A DNA stretch of 35,538 nucleotides from the IMG/VR virus record IMGVR_UViG_3300020042_002931, positions 1-35,538 of that record; one strand, written 5' to 3'. Below, piece by piece: positions 27,256 to 34,906 of the stretch. Position numbers and translations under genes: made by a program. This stretch comes from a virus (taxonomy: Duplodnaviria; Caudoviricetes). Under the pieces are notes generated by a model, which had not been told where the DNA came from, made no database searches, and worked only from the letters and a program-made list of their open reading frames with translations. Position 1 is the first letter of the stretch. Every line of letters starts with the position of its first letter.

Positions 27256-27379
27256 ACAATCAGCACTGCAAAGAATAAATAGAATTATAGATTTTAACTG
27301 GAAACGTGGAAACAATAAAGAATCAGTTAATGAAGTTTACAGAAAAATAATTAATCAAAAGCTATCTAATAAAAGGTAG
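27245..27379 (+). CDS. Basic hypothetical protein (44 aa)
   Basis: MKSKQSALQRINRIIDFNWKRG...; overlaps the upstream gene. Confidence 0.55.
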   Translation: MKSKQSALQRINRIIDFNWKRGNNKESVNEVYRKIINQKLSNKR

Positions 27380-27387
27380 CTTTTTTT
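27357..27387 (+). terminator. Intrinsic terminator
   Basis: AAAAGCTATCT-aataaa-AGGTAGCTTTT. Confidence 0.75.
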
Positions 27388-27392
27388 ATTTT

Positions 27393-27453
27393 GTTAAATA
27401 TTTGTTAATTTTTAATAAAAAGTTTTTTAATGTAAATAACTTGTTTATATTTG
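27393..27453 (+). promoter_or_regulatory. Early promoter (TATATTTG) with tandem GTTAA boxes
   Basis: GTTAA at 27393 and 27404; -7 box at 27446-27453. Confidence 0.7.
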
Positions 27454-27476
27454 TATAACAATTAAAAACAAACATT

Positions 27477-27686
27477 ATGACAAAGCAAGAAATTATTGAA
27501 ACATTAAGTAACTGTATTGAAATAGTAAACTTATCAGAAAACACTTATGTAAGAAACAAACTTACACAAGTAGCAGAAGCATTAATAAAAGAATGGAACG
27601 AAAGTGATGCTTATGAGGAAGTAGTTAAACAGGTATTAAATTACGATGAAACAATGTTAAATTTAGATAAAATAAGAATAAGATAG
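27477..27686 (+). CDS. Hypothetical protein (69 aa)
   Basis: First ORF after the promoter. Confidence 0.65.
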   Translation: MTKQEIIETLSNCIEIVNLSENTYVRNKLTQVAEALIKEWNESDAYEEVVKQVLNYDETMLNLDKIRIR

Positions 27687-27700
27687 TAACGGTTGAGTGT

Positions 27701-27850
27701 ATGAGTAGTAAAAATAGAATTATACCAAATGTTCCAAAAGAGGAACGAGTTGGTTTTGAATGTGGTTATCATAAAATACCAAATTGGATGTTAATATTGT
27801 TTGGTATAATTGTATTTGTTGGGATTGTGTGTTGGGTTTATTGTTCATAA
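27701..27850 (+). CDS. 49-aa protein with C-terminal TM helix
   Basis: MSSKNRIIPNVPKEERVGFECGYHKIPNWMLILFGIIVFVGIVCWVYCS; its stop codon lies in the TAAC of the next hairpin. Confidence 0.55.
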   Translation: MSSKNRIIPNVPKEERVGFECGYHKIPNWMLILFGIIVFVGIVCWVYCS

Positions 27851-28057
27851 CGTTTCTCGGCTATACGTCAGGTTTTTTACGGATTTGAAACACTAAATTA
27901 AAATATATGATGCAAGTAATTGAAATGACACACTCTGAAAAAGTAGAGATGTATCAAATGATTGAGAAAGATAGATTGATAGAAATGCTGATAGAAGCGA
28001 ATAATGTTATTAACCGACTAACGGAAGTAAAAAACTTGCGTATAGCCGATGTTAGTG
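27845..28057. repeat. attC-like hairpin A6 with a gene start inside its loop
   Basis: TAAC-gtttc-TCGGCTATACG[T]CAGGTTTTTTAC (27857-27880) ... GTAAAAAACTTG-CGTATAGCCGA (28027-28049)-t-GTTAGTG. Confidence 0.85.
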
Positions 28058-28170
28058 GGCGAAGCGAACTGTTAATTGCCTTGCAGAACATTGAAAAGAT
28101 TTGCGATAACCAAAATCCAACGCACGAAGAAATATGGAGGATTGCTTATGGGGCAATTAATAGCCAGTAA
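27907..28170 (+). CDS. Two-module hypothetical protein spanning a cassette junction (87 aa)
   Basis: Reads through the hairpin arm as KNLRIADVSGRSELL. Confidence 0.7.
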   Translation: MMQVIEMTHSEKVEMYQMIEKDRLIEMLIEANNVINRLTEVKNLRIADVSGRSELLIALQNIEKICDNQNPTHEEIWRIAYGAINSQ

Positions 28171-28261
28171 CGTTTTGCAGCTTTAAGAAGTGGCTGCCTA
28201 AAAATTACTTCATTTGACAAACAATGCTTATGGCAGACATTTTTTAAAGGTGCTGTTATAG
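28165..28261. repeat. attC-like hairpin A7
   Basis: TAAC-gtttt-GCAGCTTTAAGAAGTGGCTGCC ... GGCAGACATTTTTTAAAGGTGC-t-GTTATAG. Confidence 0.8.
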
Positions 28262-28280
28262 GTAGTTAATTTACAGAAAA

Positions 28281-28484
28281 ATGAATAAATTATTACTTAC
28301 ATTAAAAAGAGATTACAACGATTCAATAATTTTAGTTGCAAATAATCATAAGGATTTAGAAGATTACTTACGTTCAAATTATGATTTTCATAAAATAAAT
28401 GTAAATGATGATTCGGTTATTATTGTAGCAAGAGAAGGTTATGAAACAGAATATGGAACACTTGAATGGATACGTCAAGTTTAA
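28281..28484 (+). CDS. Cassette-borne hypothetical protein (67 aa)
   Basis: ORF inside unit 28255-28495. Confidence 0.7.
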   Translation: MNKLLLTLKRDYNDSIILVANNHKDLEDYLRSNYDFHKINVNDDSVIIVAREGYETEYGTLEWIRQV

Positions 28485-28527
28485 TTACCTATAACTACTC
28501 GCTACACGCTATAAATGTATTACAATT

Positions 28528-28710
28528 ATGAAACAGTACACGCAAACAAAAGTAATTCGCATTTCAGAAATGCAATTAAATACGCTTCAAAAAATGAAAT
28601 CTTTAAACGTTGATGTAGGTAATTTTATCAGAATAGCAATACAAGAAAAAATTAAAAGAGATTACAAAGAATTAATATTGAAACCTAAAAAAGAATATTG
28701 TCCGTTTTAA
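28528..28710 (+). CDS. Ribbon-helix-helix-like DNA-binding protein
   Basis: TKVIRISE...VGNFIRIAIQEKI pattern (beta-alpha-alpha). Confidence 0.55.
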   Translation: MKQYTQTKVIRISEMQLNTLQKMKSLNVDVGNFIRIAIQEKIKRDYKELILKPKKEYCPF

Positions 28711-28720
28711 AAAATAAACT

Positions 28721-28924
28721 ATGAATGAATTAGCATTAATAAAAATACAATCTAAAGTAATGGGATTGGATAGAGAATTACACCAAGCAGTTAATGATTT
28801 AATAAGCGGTAAAAGTTTAATTAGTGACGAACATTTAACTGTAGTAATTAACAGTACTGAACGTGAATTAAGAGTTTACAATCATATTTTAAAGTTAATA
28901 ATTAACAATCAAGAAGTAAACTAA
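28721..28924 (+). CDS. Hypothetical protein (67 aa)
   Basis: ORF track. Confidence 0.6.
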   Translation: MNELALIKIQSKVMGLDRELHQAVNDLISGKSLISDEHLTVVINSTERELRVYNHILKLIINNQEVN

Positions 28925-29637
28925 TGGTAGTATTATTTGATGCAGATAGTTTGATATTTTCAAGCTGCTACAAGAAACGTGAAACTCTTGATGACGATGG
29001 ATTTCACCATAATATTGAAGATGCAATGGTAAAATTTGATGAAGTGTTTATGTATATTATAAACTACCTTGAAGATATTTACGAAATAAATGAAGTAAAA
29101 ACATTTTCAGGTTCTAAAGGTAATTTTAGAAAATACATATCACCTAAGTATAAAGCAAATAGAGACTACAATAATCTACCTCCATTACTAAATGAAATGC
29201 ACCAATATGTAAAAGAACAATATAATTCTATATTTGGTTATGGATGTGAAACAGATGATGTAGTTGCTAAATACTGGTTTGAATTATCAAATACAATAGG
29301 CAGAGATAATGTAATAATAGTTTCAATAGATAAAGACTATAAACAATTCCCTTGCTTGATGTATAACTACCATATAAAACATAAATGTATCTATGATATA
29401 TCAGAAGAAGAAGCACTATATAACTTCTATGAACAAATGATAGTAGGCGATACAGCTGATAATGTAAACTACTGCAAAGGATATGGTAAAAAGTATGCAG
29501 AAAAGTATTTAGCAGAATGCAAAACTAAATATGAATATACTAAAAAGATATACCAATTATTTAAAGAATTACACAAAGGAAAAGCAAGGCAAAGATATAT
29601 TGAATGTTGGAACTTATTAAAACTAAAAACAGATTAA
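28924..29637 (+). CDS. 5'-3' exonuclease (T7 gp6/T5 FEN-like)
   Basis: FDADSL, NFRK...YKANR, ETDD, DKD and GDTADN motifs. Confidence 0.88.
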   Translation: MVVLFDADSLIFSSCYKKRETLDDDGFHHNIEDAMVKFDEVFMYIINYLEDIYEINEVKTFSGSKGNFRKYISPKYKANRDYNNLPPLLNEMHQYVKEQYNSIFGYGCETDDVVAKYWFELSNTIGRDNVIIVSIDKDYKQFPCLMYNYHIKHKCIYDISEEEALYNFYEQMIVGDTADNVNYCKGYGKKYAEKYLAECKTKYEYTKKIYQLFKELHKGKARQRYIECWNLLKLKTD

Positions 29638-29638
29638 A

Positions 29639-30166
29639 ATGGACATAACAGAAAGATTAAAAGAAATAATAAAGCAAGAAACAAATACAGATATAGAAAT
29701 AAGAACACGCAAAAGAGAAACAATAGAAATGCGTTCACTATATTGCACTGTATTAAAACAATTAAAGCCAAAGAAAACATTACAAGCAATAGGCGATACA
29801 ATAGATTTAAACCACGCTACAGTAATAAACTCTTTAAACAATTATAAAGTATATGAACAATATAATCCTGAACTAAAAAAGTTTAAAACTACAATACTAT
29901 CTTACTTTACAATGGATGATTCAGAACTAAAAGAACTATTAGAAATAGAAAAGTTAAAGCATAAAGTAATGGAGTTAAAAATAGAAAACGATAGTTTAAG
30001 AATACAGCTTCATAAATTAAATGAAATAAAAACACAAATATATGAATACAAAATAATAGATGAACTAAATACATTAATGACAAATACAAAAGATACAATA
30101 CAACACACATTAATAAAAGATAGATTAGAAGCATTTTATAGAATGAATAAAAACATAAAACTATGA
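29639..30166 (+). CDS. DnaA C-terminal-like HTH protein with coiled coil
   Basis: RKRETIEMR...TLQAIG...NHATVINS resembles DnaA domain IV. Confidence 0.7.
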   Translation: MDITERLKEIIKQETNTDIEIRTRKRETIEMRSLYCTVLKQLKPKKTLQAIGDTIDLNHATVINSLNNYKVYEQYNPELKKFKTTILSYFTMDDSELKELLEIEKLKHKVMELKIENDSLRIQLHKLNEIKTQIYEYKIIDELNTLMTNTKDTIQHTLIKDRLEAFYRMNKNIKL

Positions 30167-30369
30167 CACCACAAGAAAAAGCAAAAGAGTTAGTAGATAA
30201 GTTCGAGGTTAGTTTTGCAGGAGTAATATCTAATGATGAGGATTGGGAAATACTTGCTAAACAATGTGCATTAATAGCAGTTGATGAGATATTAAACGGA
30301 AGTCGTTTATTTTATATTGAAGATTACGATTATTGGCAAAAAGTTAAACAAGAAATAGAAAAATTATGA
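30163..30369 (+). CDS. Hypothetical protein (MTPQEKAKEL... type)
   Basis: ORF track; ATGA-coupled. Confidence 0.7.
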   Translation: MTPQEKAKELVDKFEVSFAGVISNDEDWEILAKQCALIAVDEILNGSRLFYIEDYDYWQKVKQEIEKL

Positions 30370-30509
30370 TAGCAAAAGAAAGAGCAGAAATACTTTACAA
30401 TAAATACAGCAAAGAATATAATAGAACTTTATGTACAGGTACAATGCAACAAACAGAACATTGGAAAGAAGTAACAAAAGAATTAAGTAAACTTTATAAA
30501 AACAAATAA
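30366..30509 (+). CDS. Hypothetical protein (47 aa, MIAKERAEIL...)
   Basis: ATGA-coupled; termini resemble the preceding protein. Confidence 0.6.
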   Translation: MIAKERAEILYNKYSKEYNRTLCTGTMQQTEHWKEVTKELSKLYKNK

Positions 30510-30513
30510 GATT

Positions 30514-30726
30514 ATGACAGCAGTAGAATGGTTAGAACAAGAATTAATTAAAACAGGGTTACCTTTTGTAAAAGGAGAAACCATTGAGATTGAACAAGCC
30601 AAAGAAATGGAAAAGCAACAGATTATTGATGCTTGGGAAAACGGCAATCATACAGAAATGAGAGGTGGCAAAGTTATAAAGTCAATATCAGAACAATACT
30701 ATAACGAAACATTTAAAAAGAAATAA
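30514..30726 (+). CDS. Hypothetical protein (MTAVEWL...AKEMEKQQIIDA type)
   Basis: ORF track. Confidence 0.7.
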   Translation: MTAVEWLEQELIKTGLPFVKGETIEIEQAKEMEKQQIIDAWENGNHTEMRGGKVIKSISEQYYNETFKKK

Positions 30727-30727
30727 G

Positions 30728-30910
30728 ATGCCAGATATAACAATGTGCAGTGGTAACAACTGCGAACTAAGCTCAACTTGTTACAGATATAAAGCAGAAC
30801 CAAGTAAATATTATCAATCGTATTTTACTGAACCGCCTAACGATGGATTAGAATGTGAGTACTATTGGGAAATTAAAACACAAGAAGATGAAAGCAATAT
30901 TAGAATTTAA
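30728..30910 (+). CDS. Small Cys-rich protein (MPDITMC...CYRY...CEYYW)
   Basis: ORF track; four-Cys pattern. Confidence 0.7.
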   Translation: MPDITMCSGNNCELSSTCYRYKAEPSKYYQSYFTEPPNDGLECEYYWEIKTQEDESNIRI

Positions 30911-31118
30911 TCTACCTGAAGATAACCAAGAATATCTTGCTACAATTAAAGCAATGGATATGACTAACTTTATATTTGAATTGGTTTATAATACCAAAAA
31001 AAAGTTATTTGAATCAACAGACGATTTAGAAGTAGAAGAAGGAATTGATATTACTTTCCAAAAGATATATGAACTATTAGAAAAACATAAAATTGATATA
31101 GATGAACTAATAGATTAA
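30888..31118 (+). CDS. Hypothetical protein (MKAILEFNLPED...)
   Basis: ATG at 30888 preferred over 30855. Confidence 0.7.
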   Translation: MKAILEFNLPEDNQEYLATIKAMDMTNFIFELVYNTKKKLFESTDDLEVEEGIDITFQKIYELLEKHKIDIDELID

Positions 31119-31141
31119 ACAACAATAGATTTTATTTATTA
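31119..31141 (+). promoter_or_regulatory. Putative late promoter ACAA-N13-TTATTA
   Basis: Upstream of terS/terL. Confidence 0.6.
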
Positions 31142-31170
31142 TTAAATTGAATAATCAATACTTATTTCAA

Positions 31171-31458
31171 ATGGAAAAAATTAGAGGTGGTGTTAGACCC
31201 AATGCAGGTCGTAAATCAAAAGTAGAAGAAGAAAAAGTAAACAACATATTTGTTAATGCTTTAGGTGAATTATATAATACAGAAACAGAAGATGAAACTA
31301 AAATAGCTTTTGTTAAAGGTACATTGATGCAATCACAAAGAGGTCAGTTATTTATTGCAGAACATATATTTGGTAAACCAAAAGAAATTATAGAAGCTAC
31401 ACACAACGTAAATGATTTTAATATAAAAGATATATTTAAAGTTGGAAATCAATCTTAA
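31171..31458 (+). CDS. terS: Putative terminase small subunit
   Basis: GGVRPNAGRK N-terminal motif; overlaps the terL start. Confidence 0.65.
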   Translation: MEKIRGGVRPNAGRKSKVEEEKVNNIFVNALGELYNTETEDETKIAFVKGTLMQSQRGQLFIAEHIFGKPKEIIEATHNVNDFNIKDIFKVGNQS

Positions 31459-32650
31459 CGATAAATTTAATTTATTAGGTTCTGAAAGTAGATACTTTGT
31501 TATAACAGGTGGACGTGGTTCTGGTAAGTCTTATTCTTTAAATTCATTTTTATTAGGATTGACTTATGAAACAGGACACGTAATATTATTTACAAGATAT
31601 ACATTAACATCTGCATCTGTATCTATTATACCTGAATTTATAGATAAGATTGAAACAGCTAATTTAAGCCACGATTTTTATATAACTAAGGACGAAATCA
31701 TAAATAGAAAAACAGGGTCTAAGATTCTATTTAAAGGTATTAAAACAAGTAGTGGTACACAAACAGCATCACTTAAATCATTAGCAGGTGTTACAACTTG
31801 GGTGTTAGATGAAGCAGAAGAATTAACAGATGAAGAAACATTTGAAAAGATAGACTTTAGCATAAGAACTAAAGGCATACACAATAGAGTTTTATTAGTA
31901 TTAAACCCTGCAACAAAAGAACACTTTATATATAAGAAATTCTTTGAAGATAAAGGAGTAGAAGCCGGTAGTAATTTAATCAAAGGAGATACTACATACA
32001 TACACACAACCTATTTAGATAATATTGAAAACCTATCCGAATCATTTATAAATCAAATAGAGAATATAAAGAATCGTAGACCTGAGAAATACAAACATCA
32101 GATATTAGGTGGATGGTTAGATAAAGCAGAAGGTGTTATCTTTACTAATTGGACTATAGGAGAATATAAACAGGTAGGTAAATCTGTATTCGGCCAAGAT
32201 TATGGATTTGCTGCAGACGCATCAACTTTAGTAGAATGTAATATAGACACAACAAACAAACGAATTTATATTAATGAAAGGTTTTATCTGCACGGTTTAA
32301 CTACTTCGCAGATATACCATTTAAATAGGCAACACGCAAATGATTGTTTAATAGTAGCAGATAGTGCTGAACCAAGATTGATAAGTGAATTAGCTACATT
32401 AGGTTTAAATATAGTTCCTGCAATTAAAGGTCCTGATTCTGTTACTTATGGTATTAGTGTATTGCAAGATTATGATTTGATAGTATCACCTGAATCAATA
32501 AACTTAATTAAAGAATTAAACAATTATTGTTGGTTAGAAAAAAGGTCTAAAACTCCAATCGATGCGCACAATCATATTATTGACCCATTAAGATATTGTA
32601 TTACATATCAATTAGGTAACGCAAACAAAGGTAATTACTTTATATACTAA
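31442..32650 (+). CDS. terL: Terminase large subunit (complete)
   Basis: GGRGSGKS, WVLDEAEE and NHIIDPLRY motifs. Confidence 0.95.
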   Translation: MEINLNDKFNLLGSESRYFVITGGRGSGKSYSLNSFLLGLTYETGHVILFTRYTLTSASVSIIPEFIDKIETANLSHDFYITKDEIINRKTGSKILFKGIKTSSGTQTASLKSLAGVTTWVLDEAEELTDEETFEKIDFSIRTKGIHNRVLLVLNPATKEHFIYKKFFEDKGVEAGSNLIKGDTTYIHTTYLDNIENLSESFINQIENIKNRRPEKYKHQILGGWLDKAEGVIFTNWTIGEYKQVGKSVFGQDYGFAADASTLVECNIDTTNKRIYINERFYLHGLTTSQIYHLNRQHANDCLIVADSAEPRLISELATLGLNIVPAIKGPDSVTYGISVLQDYDLIVSPESINLIKELNNYCWLEKRSKTPIDAHNHIIDPLRYCITYQLGNANKGNYFIY

Positions 32651-32799
32651 TGACATACGGAGAAATAATAGCAGCAATACAATGTTACATACATCACGTT
32701 AAAGGAATAGAAGTGGCTATTAATCTACCACGTAATATAGGTGAAATTAAAAAGATGCAACAGATGTATACTATAGCAGCTGAGTATTTAAAAAGTTAA
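32650..32799 (+). CDS. Small hypothetical protein (49 aa), homologue of 1254..1403
   Basis: MTYGEIIAAIQCYIHHVKG... Confidence 0.75.
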   Translation: MTYGEIIAAIQCYIHHVKGIEVAINLPRNIGEIKKMQQMYTIAAEYLKS

Positions 32800-32844
32800 A
32801 TAATTGTTAAAACTAATTTATGTAACAAATTTATATTATATTTG
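32795..32844 (+). promoter_or_regulatory. Promoter (TATATTTG) with tandem GTTAA boxes
   Basis: GTTAA at 32795 and 32806; -7 box at 32837-32844. Confidence 0.7.
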
Positions 32845-32869
32845 TTAAAAATTTAAAACAAACAAACAA

Positions 32870-33076
32870 ATGAAAAAAATTAAAGTAGCAGTTAATTATT
32901 GTAATATAGAATTTGAAGTAAAAGGATTCTATACAAAAGGTGATTCATATGATTATACAGGTAGCACTATTGAAGATGAAGAAATATTAATAGAAGGTGT
33001 TGATGTGTATGAAATACTATCTTCAAAACAAATGAATGATATAATTGATTTAGCAATACATCAAATAGAAGATTAG
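32870..33076 (+). CDS. Acidic hypothetical protein (68 aa), alternative occupant of the variable slot
   Basis: Unrelated to 1471..1584 at the syntenic position. Confidence 0.7.
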   Translation: MKKIKVAVNYCNIEFEVKGFYTKGDSYDYTGSTIEDEEILIEGVDVYEILSSKQMNDIIDLAIHQIED

Positions 33077-33097
33077 GTTAATTAAATTTGGTTAAAG

Positions 33098-33126
33098 AGG
33101 TGTGCAGAAATGTACGCCTTTTTTTT
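33098..33126 (+). terminator. Intrinsic terminator
   Basis: AGGTGTGCA-GAAA-TGTACGCCT plus T-run. Confidence 0.85.
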
Positions 33127-33133
33127 GTTTAAT

Positions 33134-33156
33134 ACAATATCACAAAATAGTTATTA
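33134..33156 (+). promoter_or_regulatory. Putative late promoter ACAA-N13-TTATTA
   Basis: Boxes retained while the spacer differs from copy 1. Confidence 0.6.
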
Positions 33157-33173
33157 ATATAAAAAACAATAAT

Positions 33174-33857
33174 ATGAAATTAGAAATAAGCATACCTACA
33201 GAATTAAAAGAAATTAAGTTATCACAATATCAAGCGTTCTTAAAGATAGCTAAAGATAATGAAGATGAAGAATTTTTGAATCAGAAAATGGTACAAACAT
33301 TTTGTAATATAGATTTAAAAGATGTAGCTGAAATTAGATTTAAAGATGTATTAGAAATAACTGCATCACTTGGTAAAATGTTTAATGTGCAATCACATAA
33401 ATTTATAAACAGATTTAAACTTGGTGGAGTTGAGTTTGGTTTTATTCCTGAATTAGAAGATATGACCTTTGGTGAATATACAGATTTAGATTCATACATA
33501 GGTGATTGGGATAATATGCACAAAGCTATGGCAGTATTATATAGACCAATTACAAAGAAGGGTTTAAATAACACGTATGAAATAGAAAAGTATAATGGTA
33601 GTATTACATATAGTGATGTAATGAAACACGCACCTTTGGATGTTGTATTTGGTGCTAATGTTTTTTTTTACAATTTAGGCAACGAACTATTGAAAAGTAC
33701 ACTGACTTATTTGGAGAACAATCAGGAGACACAGACTATTCTGCATCAGCACAATTTGGACAACGGTGGGGATGGTACAGTTCAATCTATGCTATTGCTC
33801 AAGGAGATCTTACAAGATTTGATAGAGTTACCGAATTACCAATTAACCAATGTTTAA
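33174..33857 (+). CDS. Putative tail assembly chaperone, copy 2 (-1 extension to 33919)
   Basis: T9 run at 33661-33669; -1 frame open to TAA at 33917-33919. Confidence 0.65.
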   Translation: MKLEISIPTELKEIKLSQYQAFLKIAKDNEDEEFLNQKMVQTFCNIDLKDVAEIRFKDVLEITASLGKMFNVQSHKFINRFKLGGVEFGFIPELEDMTFGEYTDLDSYIGDWDNMHKAMAVLYRPITKKGLNNTYEIEKYNGSITYSDVMKHAPLDVVFGANVFFYNLGNELLKSTLTYLENNQETQTILHQHNLDNGGDGTVQSMLLLKEILQDLIELPNYQLTNV

Positions 33858-33918
33858 CATATTTAACATTTGAGAAACAAAAGAATCAAATAGAATCTGA
33901 TTTAATTAAAAAAAGATA

Positions 33919-34374
33919 ATGAGTACATTTTACGAAATAACACAAGTGATTAAAAACAAACTGCAAGAAGATTTGTTTGTTAATACAGTAACAACTGGTG
34001 ATATATTTAAAGTTGATTTAAATAAGTTAACTATATTTCCTTTAAGTCATATTATAGTTAATTCAGTATCTTATCAAGGTCCTGTATTGAACTATAATAT
34101 ATCTATTTTATGTATGGATATTGTAGATGAATCAAAAGAAAAGGTAACAGATATATTCTTGGGTAATGATAACGAGCAAGATGTATTAAATACACAATTA
34201 GCTGTAGCAAATAGATTCTTAGAATTATTAAGTCGTGGTGATTTAGCTGATGATTATGAATTAGTAAACAATAGTGCAAACATAGAATTTTTTACAGAAC
34301 GATTTGAAAACAAAATAGCAGGTGTTACATTTACTTTTGATATGGCTATTGAAAACAGAATGACAAAATGTTAA
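33919..34374 (+). CDS. Homologue of 2433..2888
   Basis: Same length, highly similar protein. Confidence 0.75.
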   Translation: MSTFYEITQVIKNKLQEDLFVNTVTTGDIFKVDLNKLTIFPLSHIIVNSVSYQGPVLNYNISILCMDIVDESKEKVTDIFLGNDNEQDVLNTQLAVANRFLELLSRGDLADDYELVNNSANIEFFTERFENKIAGVTFTFDMAIENRMTKC

Positions 34375-34906
34375 AACTTGAAAAGGTAAACAAAACTATT
34401 CAAATGTTTCGTGACTATGTTATTCGTGAAGCAAAGGATAATTTAAAAAGCAAAGGTCATAACAATACAAGTTCATTAGCAAATAGTATTAAAGGTGAAG
34501 TAGTAACAGAAAACGATTTTACTATTGTAGGCTTTAAGATGAACGATTATGGTACGTTTGTAGATTTAGGTGTTAAAGGTAAAACAAGTTCTAATAAAGC
34601 GCCTGATTCTCCTTACAAGTTTGGTTCAGGTACAGGTCAAAAAGGCGGTTTAACAAAAGGAATAAATCAATGGGTTAAACAAAAAGGTTTTCAATTTCGT
34701 GATAAAAAATCGGTAGGTTTTTAAGTTATGATTCAACAGCTTATTTAATTACACGTTCTATATTTCACAAAGGAATTAAACCAAGTTTATTTTTTACAAA
34801 ACCATTTGAAGCAGGATATAAGAAATACATCGATGTAGATTTAATAAAAGCATTTGGTCAAGATGTAGAAACAATGGTAGATTATAATTTAAAAGATATA
34901 AAATGA
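34368..34906 (+). pseudogene. Homologue of 2882..3412 with a 1-bp deletion near 34711 (pseudogene or sequence error)
   Basis: aaatcggtagg versus aaatcaggtagg in copy 1; the downstream part stays intact in another frame. Confidence 0.7.

Noticed and set aside
21453-28261. Hairpins A1-A7 as intrinsic terminators
   Set aside because: They lack U-tracts, have variable loops up to about 150 nt, and share TAAC/GTTA ends, unlike the clear terminators elsewhere in the window.
218-33574. All minus-strand ORFs in the track (e.g. 218..514, 1795..2097, 10039..10488, 23966..24286, 31678..32007)
   Set aside because: They lie antisense to well-supported + strand genes and have shadow-frame composition with no recognisable motifs.
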